Source: Lepidodermella squamata
Taxonomy: Eukaryota > Animalia > Gastrotricha
Length of the DNA: 64,000 bases
Direction: 5' to 3'
NCBI GenBank assembly: GCA_047495785.1
Contig: JBLDXI010000038.1
Coordinates: 744,001 to 808,000, forward strand
The position numbers and the translations under genes were made by a program. Below are positions 38,848-51,616 of the stretch, one piece after another (position 1 is the first letter of the stretch; every line of letters begins with the position of its first letter). The notes under the pieces were generated by a model. That model ran no database searches and had not been told where the DNA came from. It saw nothing but the letters and a program-made list of their open reading frames with translations.

Positions 38848-41800
38848 TTACTTCTTGCTTTTCTCCGCAGCGTTGTCAGCATTAACGTTGGCGGAAACTG
38901 ATTGCGTTTGCGCGACTTCCAAAGGCCCGTCCGCGTACATTTTGTCGAGTTGCGGCTGAAATTTGGCGCGAAGCTGCGCGCGACGGTTTTTCATCGACGG
39001 CGTCAACAGGCCCTCGGCTATAGTGAACATCTCCGAGTGAAGGTATAGGTTACGAATTTGCTCCAATCGATTGAGACCCTTCGCGCGGCCGAATGACAAA
39101 AGAGACGCCAGAATGTCGGATATAAAATCTGGATTTTTACACAATTGAGCCATGTCGTATTTCACGTTGTGCTTTTCAGCCCACTGCTCGGCCTCGAGTG
39201 GCTCCGGAACCACGATAGCAACAGTGAACCACTGCAGGCCACTGCCGTCGACAAAAACTTGGGCAACGAGCGGCGAGCTTGAGTAGATACTCTCGATCTT
39301 CTCAGGTGCGATGTATTCACCCTGAGCCAGCTTGAAAATATGCTTTTTACGGTCGATGAGCCGCAAAGCGCCGTCGGGTAGAAACTCGCCAATGTCGCCG
39401 GTGTGAAGCCAGCCGTCTGAGTCGATAGCTTCTGCAGTCAAGTCGGGCCGATTGAAGTATCCTTTCATGACATTCGGGCCCTTGACGCACACCTCTCCCT
39501 TGCGGTTTTTCGCAAAATAGTCCATTTCAGGCACATCGACCAGCTTCAGCATATTGCACATGACAGGGTGGCCAATGTTGCCTCCATCTGGGTCAACGGC
39601 AGTTGTCACCAAAGCTGTGCATTCAGTCTGGCCATAAGCCTCAAAAATCTGCAACATTTAAAAAATGAGTAATGGAATTTTTAATAATTTTTGTTTGGCT
39701 TACATGAGCGCCAAAGACGACGCGCCAAAAGTCGAGGACTTCAGGTGCAACGGGCGCCGATGCGGTGAGCATAAATTTGACACGGCCGCCAAGTTTGGCC
39801 TGAATTTTGCGGAACACAAGTTTGTCCCAGAACGAAGACGTCGTGATGACACCTCGGCGCAGTAAATCACGTTTCTTGGCATAAGCGTACCAGAACAGTT
39901 TGTTAGTCACCTTGCCCTTGGCTTTCACCTCGCTGATAATTTTAGTATAAACCTTGTTCATCAACCGAGGAACAAGTGGGAAATAAGCTGAAAAAAATCG
40001 ATCGGAACTTATATTCAAGCGTTAGTAAATTAAAGGTGAAAACTTACTCGGTTGCAATAACTGAGCATCTTCTGCAAGTTTTTGCACATTTCCGGAGAAA
40101 AATGCTGTAGCAGCACCGAAAAACATCAGGGTGACTGCAAGGAGCTGGCCGTAAGAATGAGCCAGGGGTAAATAGTGCAGACACAGCTCTTGCTCTGGCC
40201 GCCAGCCTTCATACGACGCGTAGGTATACATCGAATTAATCGCAGCTTCATTAGCCGCAAAGTTTCCGTGGGTCAGCATGACACCCTTTGGATTGCCCGT
40301 TGTCCCGCTTGTGTACTGAACCATATATAAATCTTCCGACTTCGGCAAGTACGGCGTTGGGTCCTCGGTTTGGTCAATGTCTTTAACAAAATCGCTAATT
40401 CGAATGACATTTAGCCCAAATTTGGCTTGAGTCTCTTGTTGAAAATCGGCTGGAACCGCCTCGCCATCGAACTTGCCAATCGCTCCAATGACAACAATGG
40501 TTTTCAGGACGTTGTTTTCGCCAGTCGCGGCGCTTCGAGACAGCGATTCGACAATACGGCGGGCTGCGGCAACAGTATCAACGAGCAGGATCGACATGCC
40601 GACTTCTTTGATGATGAAACTGCATGAATCGGCGCCAAGTGTGTCGTACAAAGGTACAAGGACCATGGAGCTTGATGCGCAGGCCATTGCACTGATCATC
40701 CACTGAGGCGAATTGCACGAGTACAGACCGACCATGCTGCCTCGCGTGAGTTTCGCTTTCTGCCGAAGGGCGCGAGCCATTGTCATCATTCGGTCGTGGC
40801 TTTCGCGGAATGAAAGGAATTCGAAATGATCGCCGTTGCGGAAGCCAAGGCATTTTCCATCAGCTGAAAAAGATGAAATTTACATTTGTTGAAAGTAGTA
40901 ATAGTAACTGATATATCGCAATGACAAATCTTTTCAGTTAATTAATCTTGTTTATCAGTATAAAGCGGTCAAGCCGCGGTGGAGTATCTCCCTGTCTGGA
41001 GCTTAAACAAGGCTATGCCAAGTTAAACATCCGACTCGGCGCGATCTCAACATCTATCGACGGAGCGTCAACGCCAGAGTAGCATCGCCTGAACCTTGCT
41101 ATTATCATAGCTGAAGTCAAACGAGCGATGGGCAACCAAAGAGTTAACGAAGCGACGTCTCGCACGTAACTCACCGGAATGCCAACTTCTAGCTAAATGG
41201 AGAAAACCCCGATTCCAATAGCGGTCAATTTGTTGTCCAAGGGACTGATTAGCATATGCACAAACCAATAATAGATTTGATGATTCAGCTGCACAATAAA
41301 ATTTTTATCTCTATTATTATAACCCGGTATAAAACGACTACGATACCGATTATATAAGCAAAATCAAAACGCTGCTCTTGTTCAAATTGCAACTGTTTAC
41401 ATGGCAATGCTATAAAATTTGATAAATGAGGGTAACTTTGCACAAGACATGAGCCATTTGTAATTTGTTTTTATTGAATATGCGGTTAAGACCGCGGTGG
41501 AGCAAGCTCCCGAGTTGTTCTAACGCCACAAGCAGTTAGAACAAAGTCACGCCCTTCACGACAAAGGGCATTGCATGATTACGATTTGATTTGTATATGC
41601 CCAAAAACATGTGACCCTATTAGTCAGGGCAATAAAAGCTTACCAGTAACACTGAGTCCGCGTAAAAATAAATCCCAAACAGTGCGCACATTGGGCAACG
41701 AAATTGTCTGCAATTTAGCCTCTTTGCCGCACGCCGCATTGCAACGAGTAGCGACCTAGATTGGAGCAAACGTGATAACACTGGTAAATGATCAACAAGA

Positions 41801-41936
41801 AAATTAAAATTACATCGACTTCGATTGATTTCCACGACTGATAATAAGGTGGCTTGTAATCGGCTTCTTTCATGGCTTCGTACCGCTTGGGCGGAGTCAT
41901 GTCGTGTCGCACTGCGGTATTTCCGCTTCGAACCAT
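38848..41936 (-). CDS. ACSL: Long-chain acyl-CoA synthetase (ACSL1/5/6 type), copy 1; exons 41936-41814, 41755-41644, 40863-40048, 39987-39704, 39648-38848
   Basis: YTSGTTGNPKGVMLTHGN, YLPLAHSY, EAYGQTEC, GWLHTGDIG, IDRKKHIFKLAQGEYIAPEKIE. The two small 5' exons were found by similarity to copy 2 (NAACGK, RGL). All junctions are GT-AG and in frame. Confidence 0.9.
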
Positions 41937-42970
41937 TTTGGCCTCTAGGCTTATTTACTCACACGGCCTTTGAACTAAAAACGAAAAATGCACTTCTGCG
42001 GATTATAGACTGTTAAATGTATAAGTATAGGTAGGATGCTAGTTTTTTGTCAAACTAAAGCGTGGTCAGAGGTTGAACACGCATTTCATTCATTCTTTTC
42101 GCGCGTAACATCGCCAATCCTTTTGTTTTCCGCTTGTTATTGTAATTTTTTGTAATCATGACTGCTTTTACCTTAGCCGCGTGCCGCTAAGGCCGGCTAC
42201 TATGACTCAATAACGGCATGTTTTATGGACGTGTAAATTTGCAACAAAAGCCAGTGGGGCCCACGCGTACCTCACGCGCTTTTGTCATCTCTCCGTCCGT
42301 CTATTTTACCCTTTAGATATTTATCGGCGTTTTTTATTCATTTTTTAGATAATTTTACTACAATTATTCAAGTTTTCGTGTCAGCAATTTACATGCGTCT
42401 TAGTTGGTAGGTAGGTGAACAACGGGGGAGAGTGGGCTGAGTTGTGTAAAAATTTCAAGCTTTCCATGAATGAGTAAAGAAAAGGCTCGTGGGATCCACG
42501 CTCATTCTCAATTGCGCTGTATTTTTTGCTGGTTTTTACACACCGAAATGCGGCCGGTCGGTGGGGTGATGATGCGTCCACCGTGCACCTTGAGTACTAA
42601 AACGAAAACTCAGTCCACACCGACTTGATGAAATTAAAACATGACTCGTTTATAGATATGACTGTCAGTGAAGATGATGACAAGATTTTTCTCGTAGCCG
42701 CAGTTGACCTTGTTCATGCCGCTTTTGTTCACGTGAACAACTAGAAAACACTTTACGCAAAACCAATCCCAGCATGAACTTGAGGCTGTCTTTATTCTGA
42801 GACAGCAGAGGCTCCTGGGAGCTAAAATATTGCTTGTCCAGATTTAGCGCTGGAAATCGAAAGATGAAAACAATTGGAAATAGCAAATCACCAGCATGGA
42901 TGGCCAAATTTTATCGTGTTGTGAAAAATCGTCACGAGAGAAGAAATCAATCGCGTGAATTTAAGAAAAA

Positions 42971-44448
42971 ATGCTCGGTCGGTTTTATTATTTTCGAGCA
43001 ACCCTTTCTTGTTCAGCTGCACTTTTAACATTATTATCAATAAAGCTCCTGTTTCCGGCGGAGCATGATAGTGTTAGTAGCACTCCATTGGTGCTTCGAA
43101 ATTATTCAGCTTGTCGGCAATTATATAACGCTGAATTTAACAGCAAGAAGGGTTACCTCTTGAAACCACCGGTCATTTTACCGGCCAGCGTCATTTTTAA
43201 CGATGGCTTTGTCTACGTCATCTTACTGTGTCATGATCTTGAGAAAACACAAGCAAATGGGGAAGTTCTGTACGAGATTCACCAGCCCATGCCTCACTAT
43301 TACGAAAAATGGCTTCGAAATGCGAATTTCTCACTGGAAAATCCGCTGATTTTTCCAATGCCCTGCGACACAATCAAAGGCGAAGATGGACTTGGCGACA
43401 AAGAAAAGTGGACCATTATGCTGAAATGCCCTGTCAAGCTGAAACGCCCTCCACTATCATCGATTTTTGTTGATTTGGCGACTTCGAATAACTTGAGATT
43501 CAATTTAGCCTTGAACTCAAGGCCTGATTTTTTCGAAATTGGTTACAATTTGCTGAGTTGTAATTACGGGGATTTATTGCCGAAACAGCATTACCGTTTA
43601 GTTGCTTGTACGCAAGTTGCAGAAGACCACATCGATCGAATCGCTGAATGGATCGAATATCATCATTTAATCGGGTTCGAATATTTCATCATTTACGTCA
43701 ATCAACCGTCGATGGCAATTTTTGAACGAGTTCTAGACATCTACGTCAACCAGCTAAAAATCGTACAAATGGCGCCGTTTTACTTCGACACGCCCGTGCG
43801 GTATCCAAGTGTTTACACGCAATATGCCACAGAGCATGATTGCTTGTATCAAATGAGGGGCCATGCTGATTGGATGGGAATTTTTGATGTTGATGAATTT
43901 TTCCAGATATTTCCCAAGGCACAATCGCTGCTCGAGTACCTTGATGCTCATTACCGCAAAAATCCGAAAATTGGGGGAGTTTTATTCAAAAATTACTTTC
44001 TTGGGTTTGAGGTAAATTTTTTAGCAATAAATTCATGATAATTTGAAGCTTTCATTCTTCCTAGGTGAACAATGCAACAGAAGCCATGATTCCTAGAAGT
44101 TTTCGTCGGCTTGACAATGAAAAAGCTGTTTATCCGGTAATAACGGAGATGATATGGCGATCAAAGCCGTTCAAACGACGAGGCAACGAAAAATCGATAA
44201 TTCGTTTACAAAACGTAGACTATTTTTCAGTTCATAACATAACAAGCGGCGGAATTAGCGTGATTGCTGATCCGATTAAAGACGGCCGGCTAAATCACTA
44301 TCGGACACCCTACCCGAGTGAATTCATCAAAACACGCCGGCTAGGTTTCGTGAAACGTGACTCTAGTTTGGCTGACAGTTATGGAAAAATCGTGACTGAG
44401 CGATTAATTGCCCACGGCTTCTCTGTTAATAAATCGAGAAATTTCTAG
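42971..44448 (+). CDS. GT92/DUF23 glycosyltransferase, copy G; exons 42971-44011, 44065-44448
   Basis: YRLVACTQVAEDHIDRIAEWIEYH, HDCLYQ, FDVDEFF, LNHYR; 53-nt phase-0 intron. Confidence 0.85.
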
Positions 44449-44795
44449 GAAGTAAAACCTGTGAATCAATTGTCACCATGCTTTTTATTTATTTTTTTGA
44501 CCAGATTTAGTCCTCTCATTATGCGCATAGCAGCAGCAGCAGCAAGTCGCACATCAAAACATCTTAAATATCTATGACAGCGAAACAATTTTAGCAATAA
44601 TACAATTATAATTTATGAATAAAATGATCTGTTTTAGAGCTGACAACGGGTGTGAAGCGATTCCTTGAGTGAACTAAAATGATAGTATGCATCGACACAT
44701 AGGTATTATTAAATTACGTAGAATAAGCAATGCGCTCGAAAAATGATTGAAAAAAGAAAGAAAACAACGGGATGAAGAAAGAAATGTATATCGAA

Positions 44796-47026
44796 TCACT
44801 TTTCACTCTTTGGTTGCTGATCGACCATCGGCCCATCGGCATACATTTTATCAATTTGTTGCTTGAAATGTGCACGAAGTTGCGGCCGGCGGTTCTTCAT
44901 CGATGGCGTTAGCAGGTCGTTTTCAACAGAAAACATTTCGGAGTGTAGGTAAATGGATCGGATTTGTTCGAGACTATTCAAAGCTCGCGTTTTCCCCAGC
45001 GCGATCAGAGCATCTAGAATATGCCGCGCGAAATCCTTGTTTGAACACAGCTTCTTGTAGTCATTTTCAACGCCATTTTTCTCCGCCCATTGAGTTGCCT
45101 CAACTGGATCGGGAACTACTACGGCAACTGTGAACCACTGCAAGCCACTTCCGTCAACGAAAACCTGCGCGACAAGAGGCGAACTCGCATAGACGCTTTC
45201 GATCTTCTCAGGTGCAATGTATTCGCCCTGAGCCAGCTTAAAAATGTGCTTTTTACGATCCACCAGTTTCAGCGCACCATCGGCGGTGAACTCGCCAATG
45301 TCGCCCGTGTGAAGCCAACCGCCGGCGTCAATTACATCGGCCGTGAGATCTGGGCGCTTGAAGTATCCTTTCGTGACATTGGGCCCTTTTACGCACACCT
45401 CGCCGCGACCTGATTTCGCGAGTATACCCATTTCGGGCACATCGGCCAGTTTCAGCTTGTTGCAGCAAACAGGCTGGCCCACATTGCCGCCATCAGGATG
45501 CACAGCAGCTGTTACTAGGGCGGTACATTCCGTCTGACCGTAAGCCTCAACAATCTAAAATAATACCAGAAATACGTGATTAAAATTGTACAAATAACAT
45601 CCGCGCAAGAATGAATACATTAATAAATTATAAAAAAAAATTACATGAGTGCCAAAGACGACTCGCATGAATTCAAGAACTTCAGCACCGACAGGAGCCG
45701 ATGCGGTGAGCATAAATTTGACACGGCCGCCAAGTTTGGCCTGCAATTTCCGGAAAACAAGCTTGTCCCAAATAGATGACCGCGTAATTATGCCTTGTTT
45801 GACGAGCTCCAGCTTTTTCGCATAAGCAAACCAGAAGAGCTTCGACGCGATAGCGCCCTTTGTTTCGAGCTCAGCGACCACTCTCGAGTAAACTTTGTTC
45901 ATGAGCCGAGGAACGAGAGGCATGTAAGTAGGCCGCAAAATTTGTGCATCTGACATCAAGTTTGTGACATTTCCGCTGAAAAAGCCTACTGTGCCACGAT
46001 TGTACAAGAACGCCATAGTAAGCAGCTGTCCATAGCTGAAAAGTAACAATTGAATAAAATGTACTCCTAAAGTAAAATTATTTAAAAATACCTATGAGCT
46101 AGAGGCAGAAAATGAAGGCAGATTAAATCGCCGCAATCTTCCATCGAATAGCCCTTCTTAGCGCCATACTGATACAGCGTCTGAACCGAGGAGGTATCAG
46201 CGACAAAGTTGCCGTGGGTTAGCATGACACCTTTCGGCACGCCCGTTGTTCCACTCGTGTACTGGACCATGTACAAATCGTCCCACTTGGGGGCGAAAGA
46301 CGCCGCAGTTTCGTCTGACTTGCCATCAGAATCGGCTAACAACGCTTGCAAAGTCACCAATTCAACACCGGCCTCTCGGGCTTGAGCAGTTAATTCGTCG
46401 GAGATTTCCTCGGGGGTGAAAACACCAATTTTGTTCGTTAGGACAATTTTTTGCAATTTATATTCGCGTTGATCGGATTTTTTAAGCGTTTCGAGAATTC
46501 GGCGACAAGCTGCGGCAGTGTCGACGAATAAAACTGTCATTTCGACCTCTTTGACGATATGGCAGGTCGATTCGGCGCCCAACGTGTCGTACAAAGGGAC
46601 GAGGACGAAAGAACTCGACGCACAGGCTAAAGCTGTTGTCATCCATTGAGGCGAATTAGCGGCGTAGATTCCAACAAAATCTTGCCGCTTAAGGTTGAGG
46701 ACAACTCGCAGGGCCTTAGCTAGTTTCAGCAAATTAGAGTTCACTGTTTCGTAAGTGAGTGATTCGTAGACGTCGCCATTGCGCCAGCCGAAACACGGCC
46801 ACGTTCTACCGAGGCGGAGACCACGCTGGAAAATGTCGTAAACACTATGCATGTCCGTTTCTTCTTGCTTCCGTAGCTGGCCGTCTTTCCCGCATGCCGC
46901 ATTGTGTCGCGAATTATCGCTCGGGTTGACAACTGACCGCCATCGTTCAAAAAACAACGGTTTAGTCTTTTCACCTGGCTTTACTGGGTCGTCTTGCTTG
47001 ACGGTATGGCAGAGTAAAGAAGCCAT
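44796..47026 (-). CDS. ACSL: Long-chain acyl-CoA synthetase, copy 2; exons 47026-46092, 46035-45645, 45554-44796
   Basis: Same AMP-binding and FACS motifs; introns of 56 and 90 nt join in frame. Confidence 0.9.
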
Positions 47027-48207
47027 TTCTTATTGAATAAATAATTATCTATGAAAGGTGAAAAATTATAGGAATACTTCATCTATTTATATATAGTCGT
47101 GGACAGCGCAGTGGTAACGCGGGTGTTTGCACTCGTAGGAGGAAGTGGAGGTTATATTTTACAATAGGAACCACACACTGGTGTGGCGCAAAAAAACAAT
47201 GTCGTGTCAAGCCGGTCGGGAATTGACCACGCACCGCTTTGTAAAAAAGCGACTTTTTCTGAGAGCGTGTTAAGAAACTACTTTTTCATCTTGCGATATT
47301 TGGATGCAGACGTCAGCCATATATTCTGAAAATATGATGGGGACGCCATGTTTAGTCAGCAATAATGAACGTGAAATTATTTATAATGTTTAGGTTTTCG
47401 AACGGGTCGATATTTATTGTTACTATTATATGCAATACTGTATATGTAGCTTATGCTGTGGCTATAAAATGCGCCGAGAGACAAGCCACACACAAATTGC
47501 ATAATTCGCGCGGGTAAGTATGTATGAGCGAGGCTTGCTATAGTATAAGTTATGCGAATGAAATTCTACACGCCCTGCCGGCTAATAAAGACGCTGTTTT
47601 ATATGTTATTGAGGCTTGACACAACATCAGCAGCAGCAGCGACCTGTTGCGAGCAGTTGTAGAAATTTCCAGATGAGATCGCTATCTGAGACGGTTTTTT
47701 AAACTAGCAATATTTTCGCGTTAGTTTTTTGTGCAATTGATGATCAAGAGAAAGAGTGGGCGCAAGCGGCAGATGGTCTCGCGCTTCTGCTACGGCTGCT
47801 GCTGTGTGAAAAATCGATTTTAATGAATGCGAGAAGCAGCGTTTTATCACAACGAGCACTGTCGGCAGCAGGATTCATATAACAGTTAGACTTCACATTT
47901 TGATATTCATTCAGGCAGCGAAAATGAATGAGAACAAAATATTCTCACTGCGTAAACCGGTGCGAAATATCGGTTAGATCAATAGTGAAAAACAAACACC
48001 CGCGCACACACAGCGCACATTACAAAAAATCCACCTTAAAATTAGCTCAACGGCATTTTATTGCGACAAGGGAAGTTGTAGTGATTCATTCATCACGCGT
48101 TGTTTTGTGTAGGCTTGTTTTTATGAATGGTTGGCATGTGAATACCTAATATTTTCTGTATGGTATGAGTGTGAGTATGTGGGCGTAATATAATCTCGTA
48201 CCGCGTG

Positions 48208-49343
48208 TCAGTCGTCATGGGTGTGGCTGCTGGCTTTATTTTCCGCCCCGGTTGATTCACGCGGGTCCTCCACTAATGTGCTCTGCCTTAAAATTCTCGC
48301 GATAAACAGTAAGATGAAGTAAAACCAGTACAACGTGAAGAAATAGTGGGCGCCAAGTAACACGCTCAAAAACAGCTGAAAGGGCGATGGAACGACTACT
48401 AGCGAAATCCAAGAGCCGATCAATGCAGGACGCCACACCTTGGTGAGATACAAATACAGGCGAAAAACTATCCATGAAATTGCGAAGATGACAGCCAACA
48501 CGTTGGAAAGTAGACTGCAAATTCGCGAATGGCCATATCGGGTGTGGCGCATATAGGCGATGCATTTCCCGAACTCAAGTAGAATGTCATTGACGTCGTC
48601 AAGCATCATGACTAAAATGCCTATCTTAAGGTAGCTTGAAATGCGGGAGAAAATGATCAAACACAACGCGATGATGTGATGAACAAGCATGGTGACCGAA
48701 TCCTTGCGCCATGCGTCCATGCGAAGCGTAGCATAGATTGAATGCAGGTAGAACCCACATTCTAACGCGTATAGCACCAATAGATCTGGCTCGCCTTGGC
48801 CGAAAACTTGGCCTCTGAACATGTTCAATGGCTGCCAGAAGTAGTCGTAGCCGCGGAAAAACGTCACGTAGACGGCAATGAGGAAGAGAAACAAGAACGA
48901 GCCACCTTTGAAAGCAGATTCGCCGAATTTCTTTACATTCTCCGGAAATATACCCAGCCAATTTGCCACAGGCTGAAATATAATTAAAGATTCAGAGTAA
49001 TAAAAATGTAAAACTGATTTATAAAAATTATTACAGCCAACGCGCATTTGATCAGCAATGTTCTGGCGTAGGTCCAAATAACAGCGATTGCGACAACGAT
49101 AATGACATCAATGTAAGTAACAGGCGAGAAGAAGGCGATATCGCTTATGATTTTCGATGGCGTTGACTGAGATTGAGCTGCATAGGGTGATGCATTGATT
49201 CTCGAGAAGCATTTGAACAGGTGAACAAAACCGCGATAAACGTCATAGATAGCCGTGAATGGGTTGTTTGTTTCAACCTCTCCCTCAAGCCTCATGTCAT
49301 TGCACAGGCCGTAGGGAACAGGAAACCCAGGAACTGGCTTCAT
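48208..49343 (-). CDS. CERS1: Ceramide synthase (TLC/Lag1p domain, CERS1-like, no Hox domain); exons 49343-49035, 48972-48208
   Basis: KKFGESAFK, FYLHSIYATLRMDAWRKDSVTMLVHH, DILLEFGK, FAISWIVFRLY, YWFYFI, EDPRE; 62-nt intron. Confidence 0.85.
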
Positions 49344-49516
49344 TTCCTCGTAAAAGAGCGGTGACGACTTTGAAATGAACAATTACAGGGAATTTATAAG
49401 GCGGGTGGATTCGCGCTTTGTCAAAATGAAACCAAGCCTAGGTCTAGACGAATTAAGGTCAAACCCAGTGTGCGCGTCGCCAATTTATTTTGAAAAATGA
49501 GAGATAAATATAATAT

Positions 49517-50063
49517 TCATAATAATGGCAACATTCTTGCGAATGTTATGGCAAGCAATACTGAATCGAGTTTGAAGGATGACATTGATGACGATTTCGA
49601 TGCACCGCCGTGATTGCACCTATCTTCCTGGCAGCAGAGCGTTTCCCTGGTGTACCCATCAGGCAGAAAAACGGCGCCCGCTTGACAGTTCAACTCGCAG
49701 TTTCGATATGTACTAAATAGCTTCGAATTTTTGAATGTCACAGTTCGCTGAAAAGTAATGGAGATTGGAGAATATTGGAGAAAAACTTGATTTTTGAAGT
49801 CTCACAATGCAAAAGCCGGTGGTGTAGCAGAACTGATCGGGTAATCGATCTATCCTAACGTTTGATTCGCTGCCGAAATAACACGGAATAGCTTTAACTG
49901 GAACCAAAAACATATTGGCTTTTAAAGAAGATGATTTGTAGCTTTTATTAGCGAAAGCCTCACCGGCGAGCAAATCTGGCATTGAAGCTGCAGATAGGAC
50001 GAAGTAAAAAACCACAAAGCTTGCTAGCATTGCCCTCACTGTGACGCCTGATGAGCTCTGCAT
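49517..50063 (-). CDS. Ly6/uPAR three-finger protein, predicted GPI-anchored, copy 1; exons 50063-49964, 49897-49806, 49747-49517 (first intron inferred)
   Basis: Signal peptide, 8 Cys ending in CCQEDRCN, and a hydrophobic C-terminal tail. Confidence 0.8.
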
Positions 50064-50265
50064 GGTATCGGGTATTCAAATAATTCAAATTTATTATTTT
50101 CGATAACTTCTGGACTGGAAGTGATGACTTTTCGCATCATATATGTCGCGGAAGATACATAATTTTTGCCCCAGGATATATAAACAATATTTTTGGCATT
50201 AAAAAGTAAAAAATTGATGGATATCAAGTCATTCAACAGGGTGTTTTATTTAATTCAGAGATTTT

Positions 50266-50774
50266 TCACATGAAAATGAACGGAGCCCAGTATAATAAAA
50301 TCGTCACGTAAATAGATTTGCTTTGATAAGTGGAAACGCTAGCCGTGTTGCAGCGGTCGCGATCACAGCAGTAGGTTTTCACGTAACTACCGTGGGATCG
50401 ATAGACAGTGCCTTCATTGCAGGTCAGGTCACATTCACGCTTCCAGCCGATTATTTTGTCTCGCTCACCTTTGTGATACGTTTTTTTCTGTGGTTTAATG
50501 AAGCAGACGTGAAAATGTAATAAAATTGAATGAAATACAGAACTAACAACGCAGAACCCTGTGGTATAGCAGTATTTGTTGGGAATTTGATCTGACTGTA
50601 CATTTTTTTGTTCGCCAACGTAACACTGGTTAGCATGATCTGCATCAAAATTTGTTATAAAAAATATTGGAGAAATCTTAGAAAATGTATCTTACTGGTC
50701 AATACAAGCCGCAAATGAATTGAGAAAATAAGGATGAAACTCCAACCGAAAATTCGGAGGGTCATGATCAACAT
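50266..50774 (-). CDS. Ly6/uPAR three-finger protein, copy 2 (not represented in the ORF track); exons 50774-50696, 50639-50548, 50487-50266
   Basis: Spliced translation MLIMTLRIFGWSFILIFSIHLRLVLT-NHANQCYVGEQKNVQSDQIPNKYCYTTGFCV-KKTYHKGERDKIIGWKRECDLTCNEGTVYRSHGSYVKTYCCDRDRCNTASVSTYQSKSIYVTILLYWAPFIFM*. Shares CYTTGFC with copy 1. Confidence 0.82.
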
Positions 50775-51616
50775 TTATCAGTTTTTTATTCATGATGACA
50801 GCAGTGTACGAAATCCTCAATTCGCCTCAATTACGTCGGAGAGATAAATGCAAATTGGAGTGGCATAGTTTTTTGCATTTCGACAATCAATCCTGCACTG
50901 GCTACTTCTTTAAAAAAGAAAGCGACAAGTAATAGCCGCTGGGATTTGTTTATGATGCGCTTACGTACATCGAGCAGAAAAACTACTCTTTTGAATTTTA
51001 ATCGGTTATCGACATTTGGGGCGACATGATATTTCTGCCGTAATGCATCGATTTAGCGATATTTTCTTAGCATCGAGGGCGATTTCTTTCCTCAAAGAAC
51101 TTGGAACTTCTCCAAGTTATTTAAAGCACGATAGAAGAGCCTGCAGAGCGGCAACCGGCGTCAAAAACTCGAAAATTGCCAACATTAACTGACAGTAAAC
51201 GCGCAGTAATTCGGCGCAGTAATGCGGTCGTTGACAAGTAATAAATGGGGTTTGAGCATTTGAATTAAAAAAATTCCAGTTACTTGTCATCTGTGTCACC
51301 TTAACCTAACATAAACAAGCTAATATGCAACGTGCTCCTAATAACGATATCGCTCAGCGTTTCCAATTAGACCTGATCATCTCGGATAATATCTATTGGG
51401 CAATCGGCGAAAATCAATTTCGGGATGCGGCGATTTAGTTGTATTCAAGGACAGACATAATTATCCGTAGAAGATTCATTCGAAGCGGCTTTTTATCTCA
51501 ATTGCATTAGAAAAAGTATGCCTGGGCTTGATCAATACAGCCGGTAAACATCACTTATGGCCATTCCGTCAATTTTGCCTTTGATTTGCAATCACAATAG
51601 CAGATACGCCTAGACC

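Noticed and set aside
47095-47150. tRNA D-arm/A-box-like cagcgcagtggtaacgcg
   Set aside because: No T-arm or B box (GTTCRA) and no acceptor stem; it lies in the ACSL promoter region.
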